Assembly: GCA_003427395.1 (NCBI GenBank)
Contig: BFEA01000032.1
Coordinates: 224,206-283,849 of the forward strand
From: Chara braunii
Lineage: Eukaryota; Plantae; Charophyceae
DNA length: 59,644 bases
Direction: 5' to 3'
The notes beneath the pieces were generated by a model. The model was given only the letters and a program-made list of their open reading frames with translations, was not told the origin of the DNA and made no database searches. The position numbers and the translations under genes were made by a program. Below are positions 1 to 11,699 of this stretch, one piece after another; the stretch's first letter is position 1; every line of letters begins with the position of its first letter.

Positions 1-560
1 GTGCTACTAGGAGCATTAAGCAGCCCTGAGATGCGAGGCTGAATTCATACAGATTCGAGTCTGACATGCCTTCGTGTTCTTCTTCCAAATGCTAGCCACG
101 AACCANGCGAGCAGACGCAACCACCCCTGATGATCGAATGAGCGGAACTGGGGCCCGCTTAGTCCTAGTCATGTGGGCTAGTTCCAGAGANGGGAAAAGA
201 GAGAGAGAGGATACATCCAAAGTGNACTGATCACCTAGCTTGTCAGTTGTTTGCTCCAACTCTGCTGTCTTGTGAACTCGTCACTCTTCTGAGTGACTGT
301 TGAAACACGTAGCTACTCGAGTTTCCCNCTTTATCAGTTCTGCACTGAAACCCTTAGCTGTGTGAGAGTGTGGTTCTCACGGTTGTCTGCTAAGGCTACC
401 GTTGCATGAACTTTGTGACTCACCTNTGGGCGATTGAAACCTACCCCGGCGTGAACCTGCTGGTCGCTGAGGACCTCAGAAGCGGGGACAGTGAAGTGAC
501 AGGCACTGTACCCCCCTGGCTTCAGTGACGAACAGGCGCCCCTCCCCGGGTTTCCTAACA
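1..560 (+). mobile_element. 3' part of an LTR-like element (family E), 5' end outside window
   Basis: Ends ...cctccccgggtttcctaaCA followed by gcgt. Its last ~105 bp (456-560) are homologous to 1030-1132, which also ends in CA at a demonstrable insertion site. Confidence 0.5.
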
Positions 561-1007
561 GCGTGCCACTGTTGCNAGAACAGCTCCGACACTCGCCGCT
601 CCTTGGGAGAATTGTTCCCCACTACAGTTCAGACACTTGCTGTTCACTGGCAGCGCAGTCCTATAGCGCTCACTGGGGAATCAGACCCTCGTTGCTGGTT
701 GACCGATCANGTAAACTTGAACGATGAATGTGATGCGAATGTGACGTGAACGCTGGTCATCTAGAATTNTGGGTTAGCTCTATATTTTAATCGCTATTGT
801 ACTGCTCTCCCTGGTGCTTATTTTTCAGTGAAAATACCTTTGCTATCTATGTTCATTCCGGTGCGGTTAAACTTGAGTTAAACACGGACATGGACTTGGT
901 TTCAGAACTGCTGACCGGAACATATCAATTCATTTTATTTATTTTATTATTTATTTTGGTTATTCAGAAAGTCAGTTTAGACACTCATGCTAAAGAGGGG
1001 GCGTGAC
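561..1007 (+). mobile_element. 3' end of a Ty3/gypsy-like LTR
   Basis: Ends in gggggcgtgaca, a terminus typical of plant Ty3/gypsy LTRs. No PBS follows, so it is a 3' or solo LTR. Confidence 0.5.
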
Positions 1008-1132
1008 AGGCAGCGCAAACCCCGACACCCTGCTGGTCGCTGACGACCTCGGAAGCGCGCGCAGCGAGTGACAGGCGTTGTAGCCCTTTGCTTCAGCGAA
1101 CGGTAGGCAGCCCCTCCCCGGGTTTCCTCACA
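1008..1132 (+). mobile_element. 3' terminal remnant of a second family-E element inserted at ACGT
   Basis: Homologous to 456-560 and ends ttcctcaCA|acgt. The paralogous empty site at 47741-47750 reads ctc-acgt-taa. Confidence 0.55.
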
Positions 1133-3510
1133 ACGTTAAGGGGGGAATTGTCATAGCATACCCCTCTAGTGGCCATTTTAGGAGCCGCTCGCGCATGGGG
1201 AACTGAGCCACAAGAAGCTCGGTTCATGGCTATAAGTCGGAACAGAGTGTGGCTAGGCACTCTTGTCGTGGTTGGCCTCACCACAAGAAGCGAGGAACAA
1301 TGGGGTCGATGTGGCGAGCAAGGCTTGGATAGCTAGACCCCGTGAACGACCCTTCTCAGCAGGGTCAAGGAAGGCCACAAGGATAAGGCATTTTGTCTTC
1401 TCTACACCGCAGGAAACCGATGACGTAGGCTGCGAGATGATTAACCCATTTTTTTTAATCGAACGCGTAGATGCCTACAGCGTGGCGAGACTTGATGGTT
1501 CCGAAATACCTACTGGTGCGAAACACCATGGAAGAGGAGGCCATTGCGCGGGCGGAAAGGTTATCGATGGTCTTCGACGGAGCACCTACTAGGTGGGTTG
1601 GTTTCATTGGAATGGTAAACAACAACCACACGTTTTTCCCCTCGGACTATGCCGCCATCCGCGTCATGGTGCCACGACGGTCGGACGAGCTTCATGGACA
1701 TATATTGTACTTTCATTGAATTATGGACATGAAGTTGTTGGCACAAGTTGTGGTTGGGGTCCGGATTCGCCCTTTTATTCGGATATACAACACTACTACG
1801 GAGAGACTGCTTCGGATGAATCGACAGTTCAGAGCGATTGTTTGGAGGATGGCATATCAAGCGGCATCTCTTTACGATACGAGCGAGGTACACGTACGAC
1901 GAAGCACGTGGACGACGACTTTGACCTTCGATGCAGGCGAGCTTGCGTGGCTGGATGATCTTGAGGCGAAGGCGCGAGTTGGACCCTATCTCTACCATGA
2001 GTAACGGTGGTATGTTTGTCATCTACTCTACACCCCGAGGCTTGGGCAAGTATTGGCCATGGTCTCGCAAAAGGGGTTAAAAAAAAAAAAAAAAAAAAAA
2101 ACTCCTTGTAAACAGGACCAACTGGATGGATAGTATCCATATTGCCTCAATGATAACAGTATTATGCATTGCATTGAGGGATAATCAAGTGAAAGTGACT
2201 TCGTGTTAAGAGTTAATCTGACCAGGAACCTTTAGAAAGCTCTCCGCGGCCAAGGAAAAATGCATATTCCATCTTTTTGGGGGGGACTCACAGGGTTGCT
2301 ATTGCCCAGGAGGACAAGGCAACCAACAAAATTTGAAAGCGGATCCTCATCTTTAATCGGGTATCCAGTATTTCGGTTGTTCACGTCGGCCTCTAACATG
2401 TAGAGTGGTAGCCGGATTACTTGCAGATGTCATTCACAGCTATGTTATAGTGAAAGCGAAGTCATCACTAGAGCGATAACATCTTAGCCCTGCTTGGAAG
2501 TTGGGATGTCAGTATTTGTTTGCTAGTAGGCAGTGTGGTATGGACTGAAAGAACTTGGCAACCCGTCTCACCGAGTTAAAGGTTATGTCGGCTTAGCCAT
2601 ATGGCAGATGAAATGGAGATGATTTGATCAGACGTTATTCAAGCGTTGCTTTGCATGTTAGTCATGCTTTTATCCTTTTGTTGATAAGTGTTATTTAAAG
2701 TCAAGTCAACTCATGTTGGCTCGTCGTTGGATGACAAGTCAAGTCAACCTTTGTCGATTTGATCTGAACGATTGATATGCATGATTGTATTATATATGAG
2801 TTGATTTCAGAAGATAACTTACATTGACCGTAGTCTTCTTTATTTGAAATTGTTTTGTCTGAGTAACTCCTGATTGTTTTTGAAAGAAGGGACTAGGATT
2901 GATTGAGATTTCCTTATGCTTAGGTTATCACGTCCTAGTCGACAGACGTCGATCCGATTCCAAGGAGATCAACGCCCCAAGGATGAACGATGCTTGGGTC
3001 CACTTTGGCGTTCAACCTCATGTACCTATGTTACAGTGAACGAGCAAACGCCCACGGTCGGCCTACCTCTGCAATTGCATCATAAAAGCCTTCACACGTG
3101 GGCCGGTAGCTCGGTAGGGATACGCTTCTGAGGGTGGTGACAAGCTTTTAGGGAAGGTAAGTTATGCCCCGCGAGAACCTATCCTGTCGTAGGAGACCGC
3201 GGGATGTACATCTGGCGCACTCGGTCAGAGCGGCGAAGGATCGGCACGGGTTATCGTGTCGTCCCTGAGTTGTCTCACAAAAGTTGAAAGCCTAAGTTTG
3301 TTCTGCGTGATGTGGACGAGAGGGCTCTCGCTTGCGCGAGGGCCGATGCCCTCGACAGCGTGACCATGTCCTGTCGTAGGGGCACGTGAGAGGTACAACT
3401 GATGCACTTACCCAGAACGACAAAACGCTTTTCACAACAATGCTTGCAAAATCTTGTGTGACGTGGTCGGGAGGGTCCACCTGCGGGACTGGTGCGCTCG
3501 ACAACAAATG
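1133..3510 (+). repeat. ~2.4 kb duplicate of 47744-50125 (3' part of element C plus 3' tail of element B1)
   Basis: Colinear, high identity by eye from acgttaagggggg to gcgctcgaca plus a few flanking bases, including the poly(A) tract and both terminal modules. Confidence 0.92.
1148..2004 (+). pseudogene. Degenerate orphan ORF carried by element C (copy 1)
   Basis: ORFs 1263-1592, 1471-1719 and 1723-2004 are frameshift/stop pieces of the reading frame seen at 47484-48614 (CGA>TGA at ~1717). Confidence 0.5.
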
Positions 3511-4820
3511 TTTCCCAATCTTTCTTTTTTGTCATTGTATCATGGAACTTGATATTCGATTTGTGATAAGAAGATGATTGTTGTGAATTGTTATTCATTG
3601 ATATCGACTGCTGACTTGTAGTCATATCATCAGAAGTTGTAAACTTTGGTTTTATAAACAATTAACCAATGATCTTCAACACATCAAAACAAAACACAAA
3701 ATGTTTGAAATTGATTAGTTAGTCAAGATGTGTATCTAAATATGTAACATATTTAATTTTAAAAAGTTTTTGTAAAATTGTTTTCATACGTATTAGCTTG
3801 TTCCTTTGGTAGTATTTATTTTCCTAGCTTTAAAGGCTAAGTGAAAAACCATCACTTAGAGCCATTGTTAGATTTATCCTAAACTACGGTCTTCGCTTAT
3901 GGCCATATTCATATTCATTGCTTCAAATACAAACGTACTTAAGTCTTTCCTTACAACCATTTTAATTCAGTCTTTCGCGTAAGGACTGTTTCTCGACTAT
4001 AGAAAAATGGCATTTCGTATGGCTTTCACTTAGAGTAATTGCTTACTACCAATAGTAGTTAGGTTTTTGCTTAAAGTTTGTTTGTTGACTTTAAAAAAAT
4101 GTTATTTCGTATGACTTTCAATTAGAGTAATTGCTAAATTTATCGTAAACTATGGTCACTAACCTTCGCATATGGGCATATTCTTGCCTCAAATAAAAAT
4201 GTAATTAGGTTTTCAAAAACTATTTGTAAACTTTAGAAAAATGACATTTCGTTTATGAATTTTTTCTGGACTTTAAAACAGTGGTATTTTGTATGACTTT
4301 CAATTAGAGTCGTTGCTTACTGCTATTTGTAATTAGGTTTTTGCATAAATTCTATTCTTTGACTTTAGTTTTTTTCTTAGGAGTTTTTTGTGGACTTTAG
4401 AAAAGTGGCATTTCCTATGACTTTACTTAGAGTCATTACTTACGACTATTTTTAATTAGATTTTTGCATAGAGTCTACTCTTTGACTTTAGAGAAATGTC
4501 ATGTCGTATGGCTTCCACTTAGAGTCATTGCTACATTTATCATAAATTGCGGTCTTCGCTTAGGGCCATATTCATATTCATTGTTTCAAATACAAATGTA
4601 CCTATGCCTTTTCTTGCAACCATTTAAAATTAGTCCTTCGCTTAGAAACTTTTTGCCGACTTTAAAAAAGTGGAATTTCGTATAGGTTTCATTTACAGTC
4701 ATTGCTTATTGTTAATTGTAATTAGGTTTTTGTTTAAAATGGGTTTGTTGACTCTAGAAAAGTGTGATTTGGTATAGTTTTTACTTAGAGTCATTCATAT
4801 ATTTATCATAAACTTAAAAC
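3511..4820. repeat. AT-rich repeat block with degenerate subunits (gactttagaaaagtggcatttcgtatgactttcacttagagtcattgc), copy 1
   Basis: Repeated subunits. 3511-4260 is colinear with ~5873-6700. Confidence 0.8.
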
Positions 4821-4922
4821 TTACATGAGAGTATATGAAGAAAATTATCATTGTAAAATCAAAAAGAAATAATGAAAAAAAAATAAAAAATTATATATAG
4901 TGTTTGATATTATTGTCATTGT

Positions 4923-5629
4923 CAGGGTTACCTGACCGAACGTTCGGCGGCCCCCGAGCTGGCCCCCGAACGTTCGAGTGTTCGGTATCCTGTTCGGGGG
5001 CCGAACACCTCCAGGTTCGGCCCTCGCCAAAAAATGTTTCGGGGCCTAAAAGTAAGTTTTGTTTTCTGACTTTTTTTTGTGAGTTCTCTATGATATAGCC
5101 TACACTTTTATAAATTTTAAATCCATTTTGCTAAGCCAAAAAACATTAAAAATCTTCAAAGATGGGGGTGTCAAAACGTGCTTGCCCACTCACTATTTTG
5201 TTTTTTTTCATTTTTAACTTTTTGTTTTCACTTTATTTCGGGGCCTAAAAAATTTCATTATTTTTTGAAAATTTAAAATTAGTTATTGATTATGTAGGCT
5301 ACATATCTGTAAATGTTGAGGGCAGTTGTCAATACCAAAAAATAATTAAAAATCGGCAAAGATGGCAGTGTCGAAAAGGTGCTAGCACACTCACTCATTT
5401 TAATTCTCTTTTTATGTTTTCTTATTTTTATCATAGTGTTTATTTTCTGTATTTGATTTGTAATTCAAATTCGGTAAGGAATTTGGATGTAGTGCCCNNN
5501 NNNNNNNNNNNNNNNNNNNNNNTTTTTTTTCGAGTTAGGCCCGAACGGCCGAACGCCTTTCGAAGGGGTCCCGTACGTTCGGGCGTTCGGGTTCGGGCGT
5601 TCGGCCCGTCCCGAACGCCGGTAACCCTG
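4923..5629 (+). mobile_element. Non-autonomous hAT-type DNA transposon (MITE)
   Basis: TIRs cagggttacc / ggtaaccctg, 8-bp TSD gtcattgt / gtcattgc (1 mismatch), subterminal gttcgg/ccgaac repeats. Confidence 0.88.
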
Positions 5630-5872
5630 GTCATTGCAAAAAAAAATTACAAAATATAAAAGAAAGTGAAATTTTATGATGATCATTTTACATATAGTCT
5701 TTGATATTGGTGTCAATTACTAATTATTGAAATATATATATATTTGTTACTGCATTTCGAAAAACATCTAAAGATTTATCTTTGAATGGGTTATATGTTC
5801 TTTTGTTTTTGTTATTTGATCTGAAAAGTGAATTATAATTTCATTTATCTTTACAAAATTGAGTTTATAATG

Positions 5873-6805
5873 CTTCTCAATCTTTCTTTTTTGTCATTCT
5901 ATCATGGAGCTTGATATTTGATTTGTGATAAGAAGATGATTGTTGCGAATCGTTATTCATTGATGTCGACTGCTCGCTTGTAGCCATATCATCAGAGATG
6001 TCGACTGCTGACTTATAGCCATATCAACAGAAGTGTCAATTGCTGACTTGTAGCCATATCATCAGAAGTTGTAAACTTTGGTTTCATAAACAATGAAGCA
6101 ATAATCTTCAACAGATCAAAACAAAACACTAAGTGTTTGAAATTGATTAGTTAGTCAAGATGTGTATCTAAGTATCTAACATATTTCATTTTTAAAATTT
6201 TTTGGAAAATTATTTTCTTAAATATTAATTTGTTCCCTTAGTAGTATTCATTTTCCTAGCTTTAAAGACTAAGTGAAAAACCATCACTCCGAGCCATTGT
6301 TAAATTTATCATAAACTACGACCTTCGCTTATGGCCATATTCATATTCATTGTTTCAAATATAAATGTACTTAAGTCTTTCCTTACATCCATTTTAATTT
6401 GGTCCTTCGCTTAAGGACTGTTTGTCGACTATAGAAAAGTGACATTTCGTATGACTTTCACTTAGAGTGATTGCTTACTACCAATTGTAATTAGGTTTTT
6501 GCTTAAGTTTGTTGACTGTAAAAAAATGTTATTTCGTATGACTTTCACGTAGAGCCATTGCTAAATTTATCGTAAACTATGATCACTGACCTTCGCTTAT
6601 GGGCATATTATTGCCTTAAATAAAAATGTATTTAGGTCTTTGCTTACAAGCTATTTGAATTTAGTCATTCGCTTAGGAATTGTTTGTTGACTTTAGAAAA
6701 ATGACATTTTGTACCACTTTCACTTAGAGTCATTGCTTACGGTTTTTGCATAAAGTCTATTCTTTGACTTTAGAGAAGTATCATGTCGTATGACTTTCAC
6801 TTAGC
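5873..6805. repeat. AT-rich repeat block, copy 2
   Basis: Homologous to 3511 onward. Contains a local triplication of gtcgactgctgacttgtagccatatcatcaga (5965-6070). Confidence 0.8.
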
Positions 6806-7636
6806 AATCCCGATCTTCCTCTTCCCTCGCAATCAGTCACCTCATGTAGACATCGTGGACAATGTCACGTCAGCAATCAAGACACTTGGCAACGCCACAT
6901 CAGAAGACCAATAGTAGCACCACGTAGACCAAGAGCAGCATCACATACACCAGACGCAGCGCCACGTCAGCAAGCCATGTAGACCAGAGGCAGCGCCACA
7001 TATACCAGAGGCAGCGCCACATCAGCATGCCACGTAGACCGTAGGCAACGCCACATCAACATGCCACGTAATCTTGAGGCAGCGCCACATCAGCATGTCA
7101 TGAAGACCATAGGCAGCGCCACGTCGGCATGTCTGGCGTACGATGTCAGCGTGTTGCTTCTCCCACATGTCGTCGTCCACAACTTTAAAGCACGACCAGT
7201 GTCTAGCTAGCATAATGCCAGCGTCAAGTCAAAGTCAAGCCAGCGTTGAACCAGCATAGCAAGACTGAATGTTGACCACCTCGACGCCAGACTTTAAGTA
7301 GTGTTTGACGAGGCTCTCTGGCCTCGAGTCTACTCCCCTCAGTCGTCCAGATTGAGTCACAACCGAAGACCTGGATTGTACAGTTGCAGAGTTTCCCTTT
7401 GGATTTGATGTTGTCTGGGTACCTGCATACAAACAAGTGTGTGTGCTTGACCGGTGGCCTGGACTAAGTACCTTTGGACTTTTACTGTTGGGGTTGTGAT
7501 AGTTGATAAAAGTCAACTATGGCACGCCCAGGCCCTGAATCCCTGTGTGGGGTCCCTTACCTCGTTTTTGGCCTGGCTGAGGGCGGCCAGGTCGGCCCTC
7601 AGATTTCCAAGAGGCATATGGCATGGGGTATTGCAG
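6806..7636 (-). mobile_element. Inverted LTR fragment of the chromovirus at 14694-17297
   Basis: 7376-7636 is the reverse complement of ~17036-17297. 6860-7140 holds ~20-40 bp gcagcgccacatcagcatgccacgtagacc tandem units. Confidence 0.7.
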
Positions 7637-8239
7637 GTAGTTGCAGGTAGCTTGTAATTAGAGAGAAAGAGAAAAAAAAAAAAAAGAGAGAGAGAGAGGG
7701 AGAGAGAGAGAGAGAGAGTGGACAAACATACATTTACATGATAAGAGTCATTGAAGTAGAAACAGTAAAGAAAGAGGTATATATCGCAAAATATAATTAC
7801 GAATTACTGTCGCATTGTAGTGTGTTGTTGTCTTTGTTGCTGAACTTGATCAGGTGCAGTGATGGCAGGTTGATCCATAGGAAAAGTGTGGCAATTGGTC
7901 GTTAAGTCGTTTGTCTTATAATCAGAGTTTGACTCTCTCTCTTTCTCACAAGATGCAGCGTCTTTGTACTTTTGATGGCTTAAGTCTTCGTCGTTACTCG
8001 GTTCTTCATCAATCACTTTCTAACGATTGTTTTTTTTGTCGTACTTAGTCACTTTTCAAAAATCCAATGTCTTTTTCTCTGTTTTTTTTTTTTTTTTTNN
8101 NNNNNNNNNNNNNNNNNNNNNNNNNNNNNNNNNNNNNNNNNNNNNNNNNNNNNNNNNNNNNNNNNNNNNNNNNNNNNNNNNNNNNNNNNNNNNNNNNNNN
8201 NNNNNNNNNNNNNNNNNNNNNNNNNNNNNNNNNNNNNNN

Positions 8240-8285
<46 letters not shown>

Positions 8286-10229
8286 TAGGTAGCATCAATC
8301 ACTTTCTAGTAATAACTTTTTCCATTGCACTTAGTTATTTTTACAAGAATCTAATCAGCGACTTTGTAATTTTGATGTGTCAATTCTTCATCAATTAGTT
8401 TGTAGCGACTACTTTGTCTGTTGCACTTAGTCATTTTTACAACCATCCAATCAATTTTTTCTGCATCGTCCGCAGTAACTATTGCTGGAACTTGATCAAC
8501 TTCAGTGATGGCAGGTTGATCTATAAGAAAAATGTGGCAAATGATCGATCGTGATCTTCCTTATTTGGGAATAGTATAATAGAAGATTCAACGACTTTGT
8601 ACTGCTAATGACTTAAGTCTTCGTTGTCATTCGGTTCTTCATCAATCACTTCGTAGCGATTAACGATTTGATCTTGATCTTTCATCTTTGGGAAAAATAT
8701 AATACAAGATGCAGCGACTTTGTACTTCTAACGGCTTAAGTCTTCGTCGTCACTTGATTCTTTGTCAATCACTTTAAGCGATTGTTGTTTCCGTCGTATT
8801 TAGTCACTTTTCAAGAATCCAATTATCATTTTATACATCGTTGGCAAAAACTGTTGTTGAAACTTGATCGCTTATTGCGATGGCAGGCTGATGCATGAAA
8901 AAAGTTTGTTGAATGGGCTTTGAATTTTTTGTCTTATAAATTGAGTTTGGTTTAACTAAATATAAAAAACAATTATTGTAAGCGCTTTATTTTCGTGGTG
9001 GCGGTACTGATGGTGTCTGTGGCGTTTCTTATAAAGGTGTTGAATATAGGGGATATGATGTTTTATTTCTATGTTGTTGTTTTTGTGTATTTCTCTTTCA
9101 TTTTCTTTTTGTCTGTCTCTCTTTCTGTTTTTCTGTCTTTCTTTTTCTATCTGTTTTTTCTTCTTTCTTTCTATCTTTTTTTTTTTATTATTATTATTAT
9201 TTTTTTTTTCCGTAATCTATCTCTATGTTTATCTCTCTCTCGTTAAAGGGAAGACTGTTCATGTGTTTTTTGTCATTCTAGTGACTAAATTATTTTTTTC
9301 TTGTCTTTGTTGTTATTATTGTTGATTGTGGTGGTGTTGACGATATTGATGGTGGTTGTGGTATTTTTTGTATAGGTGATATCGATGGTGGTTGTCGTGT
9401 TTCTTGTGTTGGTGTTTGATGCATGGGATGTGATGTCTTATTGCCTATTAGTAGTGGTGGAGTTAGATTGTTTGATTTTGTATTGAATGTTGGCATTTCT
9501 TTGTTAAAAATGTCATTGTAATTGTGACTTGTTGTTCAATTTAAATATAAGGAGGTTTTAATTGTTTGTGGTTGATGGTTTTCTTTAACGTTCAAGACTG
9601 TTGTTTTTCTAAGGTATTTGAATATCATTTTTCTAGCATTGTTAATGTTTTTCACATCTATTATGTTGTCAAGTGTTTATGTGTTTAATAAATTTGTGTC
9701 TGCTAAATAGATATTTAAAACACTATCTCCTTGTGCTGTTTTTTTTTCTTTCTTTATACACAACTATGCCTTATTGTCCAATAGATAGATCTGTGTTCTA
9801 ACTTTTGACACGCAATTGTGTCATCCAATCCCTGCAACTGTCAACTGTTGTAAGGATTGTTTGTGAAATATCTCGAACTTCTTATATGTCTTTGTCGATT
9901 TGATCGCGCTTCCTTTTGAGTGTTTGAATTTCGGACAATACAAATGATTAGTATTAGTATCAAATTCTAAAATTTATAAATGTATTTGTTTTATTGTTTA
10001 TAAAATTACGAAAACGTTTTTTTTTTTTTAACATCATATTTTTTACATTTTGTGGTAATTGTTTTACTTTGTTAGCAAATATGTTTTTTTTAAGTTTAAA
10101 AAGACGAATACTTACAAAGTATTATTATTGTTTTGTTGATTGTCTTTGTCTCTAGATATTTCTCCAACTTCCATTATGCTGTAAAAACAAAATAGACAAA
10201 AGAGAATTAAGAAATATATTAGTTGTATT

Positions 10230-10318
10230 CAGGGTTGCCGGCGTTCGGGACGGGCCGAACGCCCAAACCTGAACGCCCTAACGTACGGGACCCCTTCGGA
10301 AGGCGTTCGGCCGTTCGG

Positions 10319-10360
<42 letters not shown>

Positions 10361-10997
10361 TCAAAACATTCCGCAAAACAAATATGTTATGGAAAACAAT
10401 AAACTAAACAACATTTGCCTCGGCACTGTATCCAAAGTTTTTACTAAATTTGAATTAAAAATCAAATACGAAAAATAAACACTATGATAAAAATAAAAAA
10501 AAATAAAAAGAGAACTAAAATGAGTGAGTGTGCTAGCACCTTTTTCACACCGCCATCTTTGCCGATTTTTAATTATTTTTTGGCATTGACAAATGCCCTG
10601 AAAATTTAGAGATATGTAGTTTACATAATCAATAACTCATTAATTTTTTTTTCAAAAAACAATAAAATTATTTAGGCCCCGAAATAAAGTGAAAACAAAA
10701 AGTTAAAAGTGAAACAAAACAAAATAGTGAGTGGGCGAGCACGTTTTGACACCCCTATCTTTGACGTTTTTTAATATTTTTTTGACTTAGCAGAATGGCT
10801 TCAAAATTTTTAGGTGTGTAGATTAAATCATAGAGAACTCACAAAAAAAAACTCAGAAAAAAAACTTATTTTATACCTCGAAATGTTTTTTGGCAGGGGT
10901 CGAACCTGGAGGTGTTCGGCCCCCGAACGAGACCCCGAACGCCCGAACGTTCGGGAACCAGCCCGGGAGCTCCCGAACGTTTGGTCAGGTAACCCTG
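10230..10997 (-). mobile_element. Non-autonomous hAT-type MITE, same family as 4923-5629, opposite orientation
   Basis: TIRs cagggttgcc / ggtaaccctg, perfect 8-bp TSD gttgtatt. Interior is the reverse complement of the first copy. Confidence 0.92.
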
Positions 10998-11699
10998 GTT
11001 GTATTAATATTTTGAAGAAGAAACAAACATAGTATAATTTGTTGTCGTTCGACATTGTTTTTTTTAATTACCTATTTGTTGGAATTATTTGTCCAGTGTA
11101 TTGTATTTAAACAACGTTATAAATTATGTTAAATTTATGTTGTGATCTATTGCATTTCAATTTGCTCTTTGTTTCTGTTTTCTTTTTCTTTTTTTTTCTC
11201 CTTNNNNNNNNNNNNNNNNNNNNNNNNNNNNNNNNNNNNNNNNNNNNNNNNNNNNNNNNNNNNNNNNNNNNNNNNNNNNNNNNNNNNNNNNNNNNNNNNN
11301 NNNNNNNNNNNNNNNNNNNNNNNNNNNNNNNNNNNNNNNNNNNTCTCTTTCTCTCTCTCTCTCTTTCTCTGTTTGTTTCTTTCTCTGTCTGTTTATCTTT
11401 TACTTTGGGTATTATACGAATATGCTGCTTGCATTTATGCAATAGACAATGCAAGAAGGAAAGCTTAAGACATTTGGCGGCAAAGTAGTCTATGATTTTA
11501 GGGGTTTGTTTTTAAAGTCCGTCGGAAAATGTATTTTGTTTTTACGCCTTAAACTCTATATTTATACTCTTTTGCAATTTTTTTTTTTTTTATCGCCATA
11601 TATATATATATATATATTTTCAAGAAACATGGTTTTTTACGTTGACACATTAATTTGGGGGGGGGATAATAAAATTTGTTGTCGTATTTGATTTTAATT

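Noticed and set aside
456-490. Minimal hammerhead (ctgagga..gaag; also 1040-1056)
   Set aside because: No GAAA core and no stems I/III. It folds as a simple hairpin.
1136-1155. PPT plus LTR start (aaggggggaat-tgtca)
   Set aside because: It lies inside the degenerate ORF of element C. The paralog reads tgcca, and the ORF-like sequence continues upstream there.
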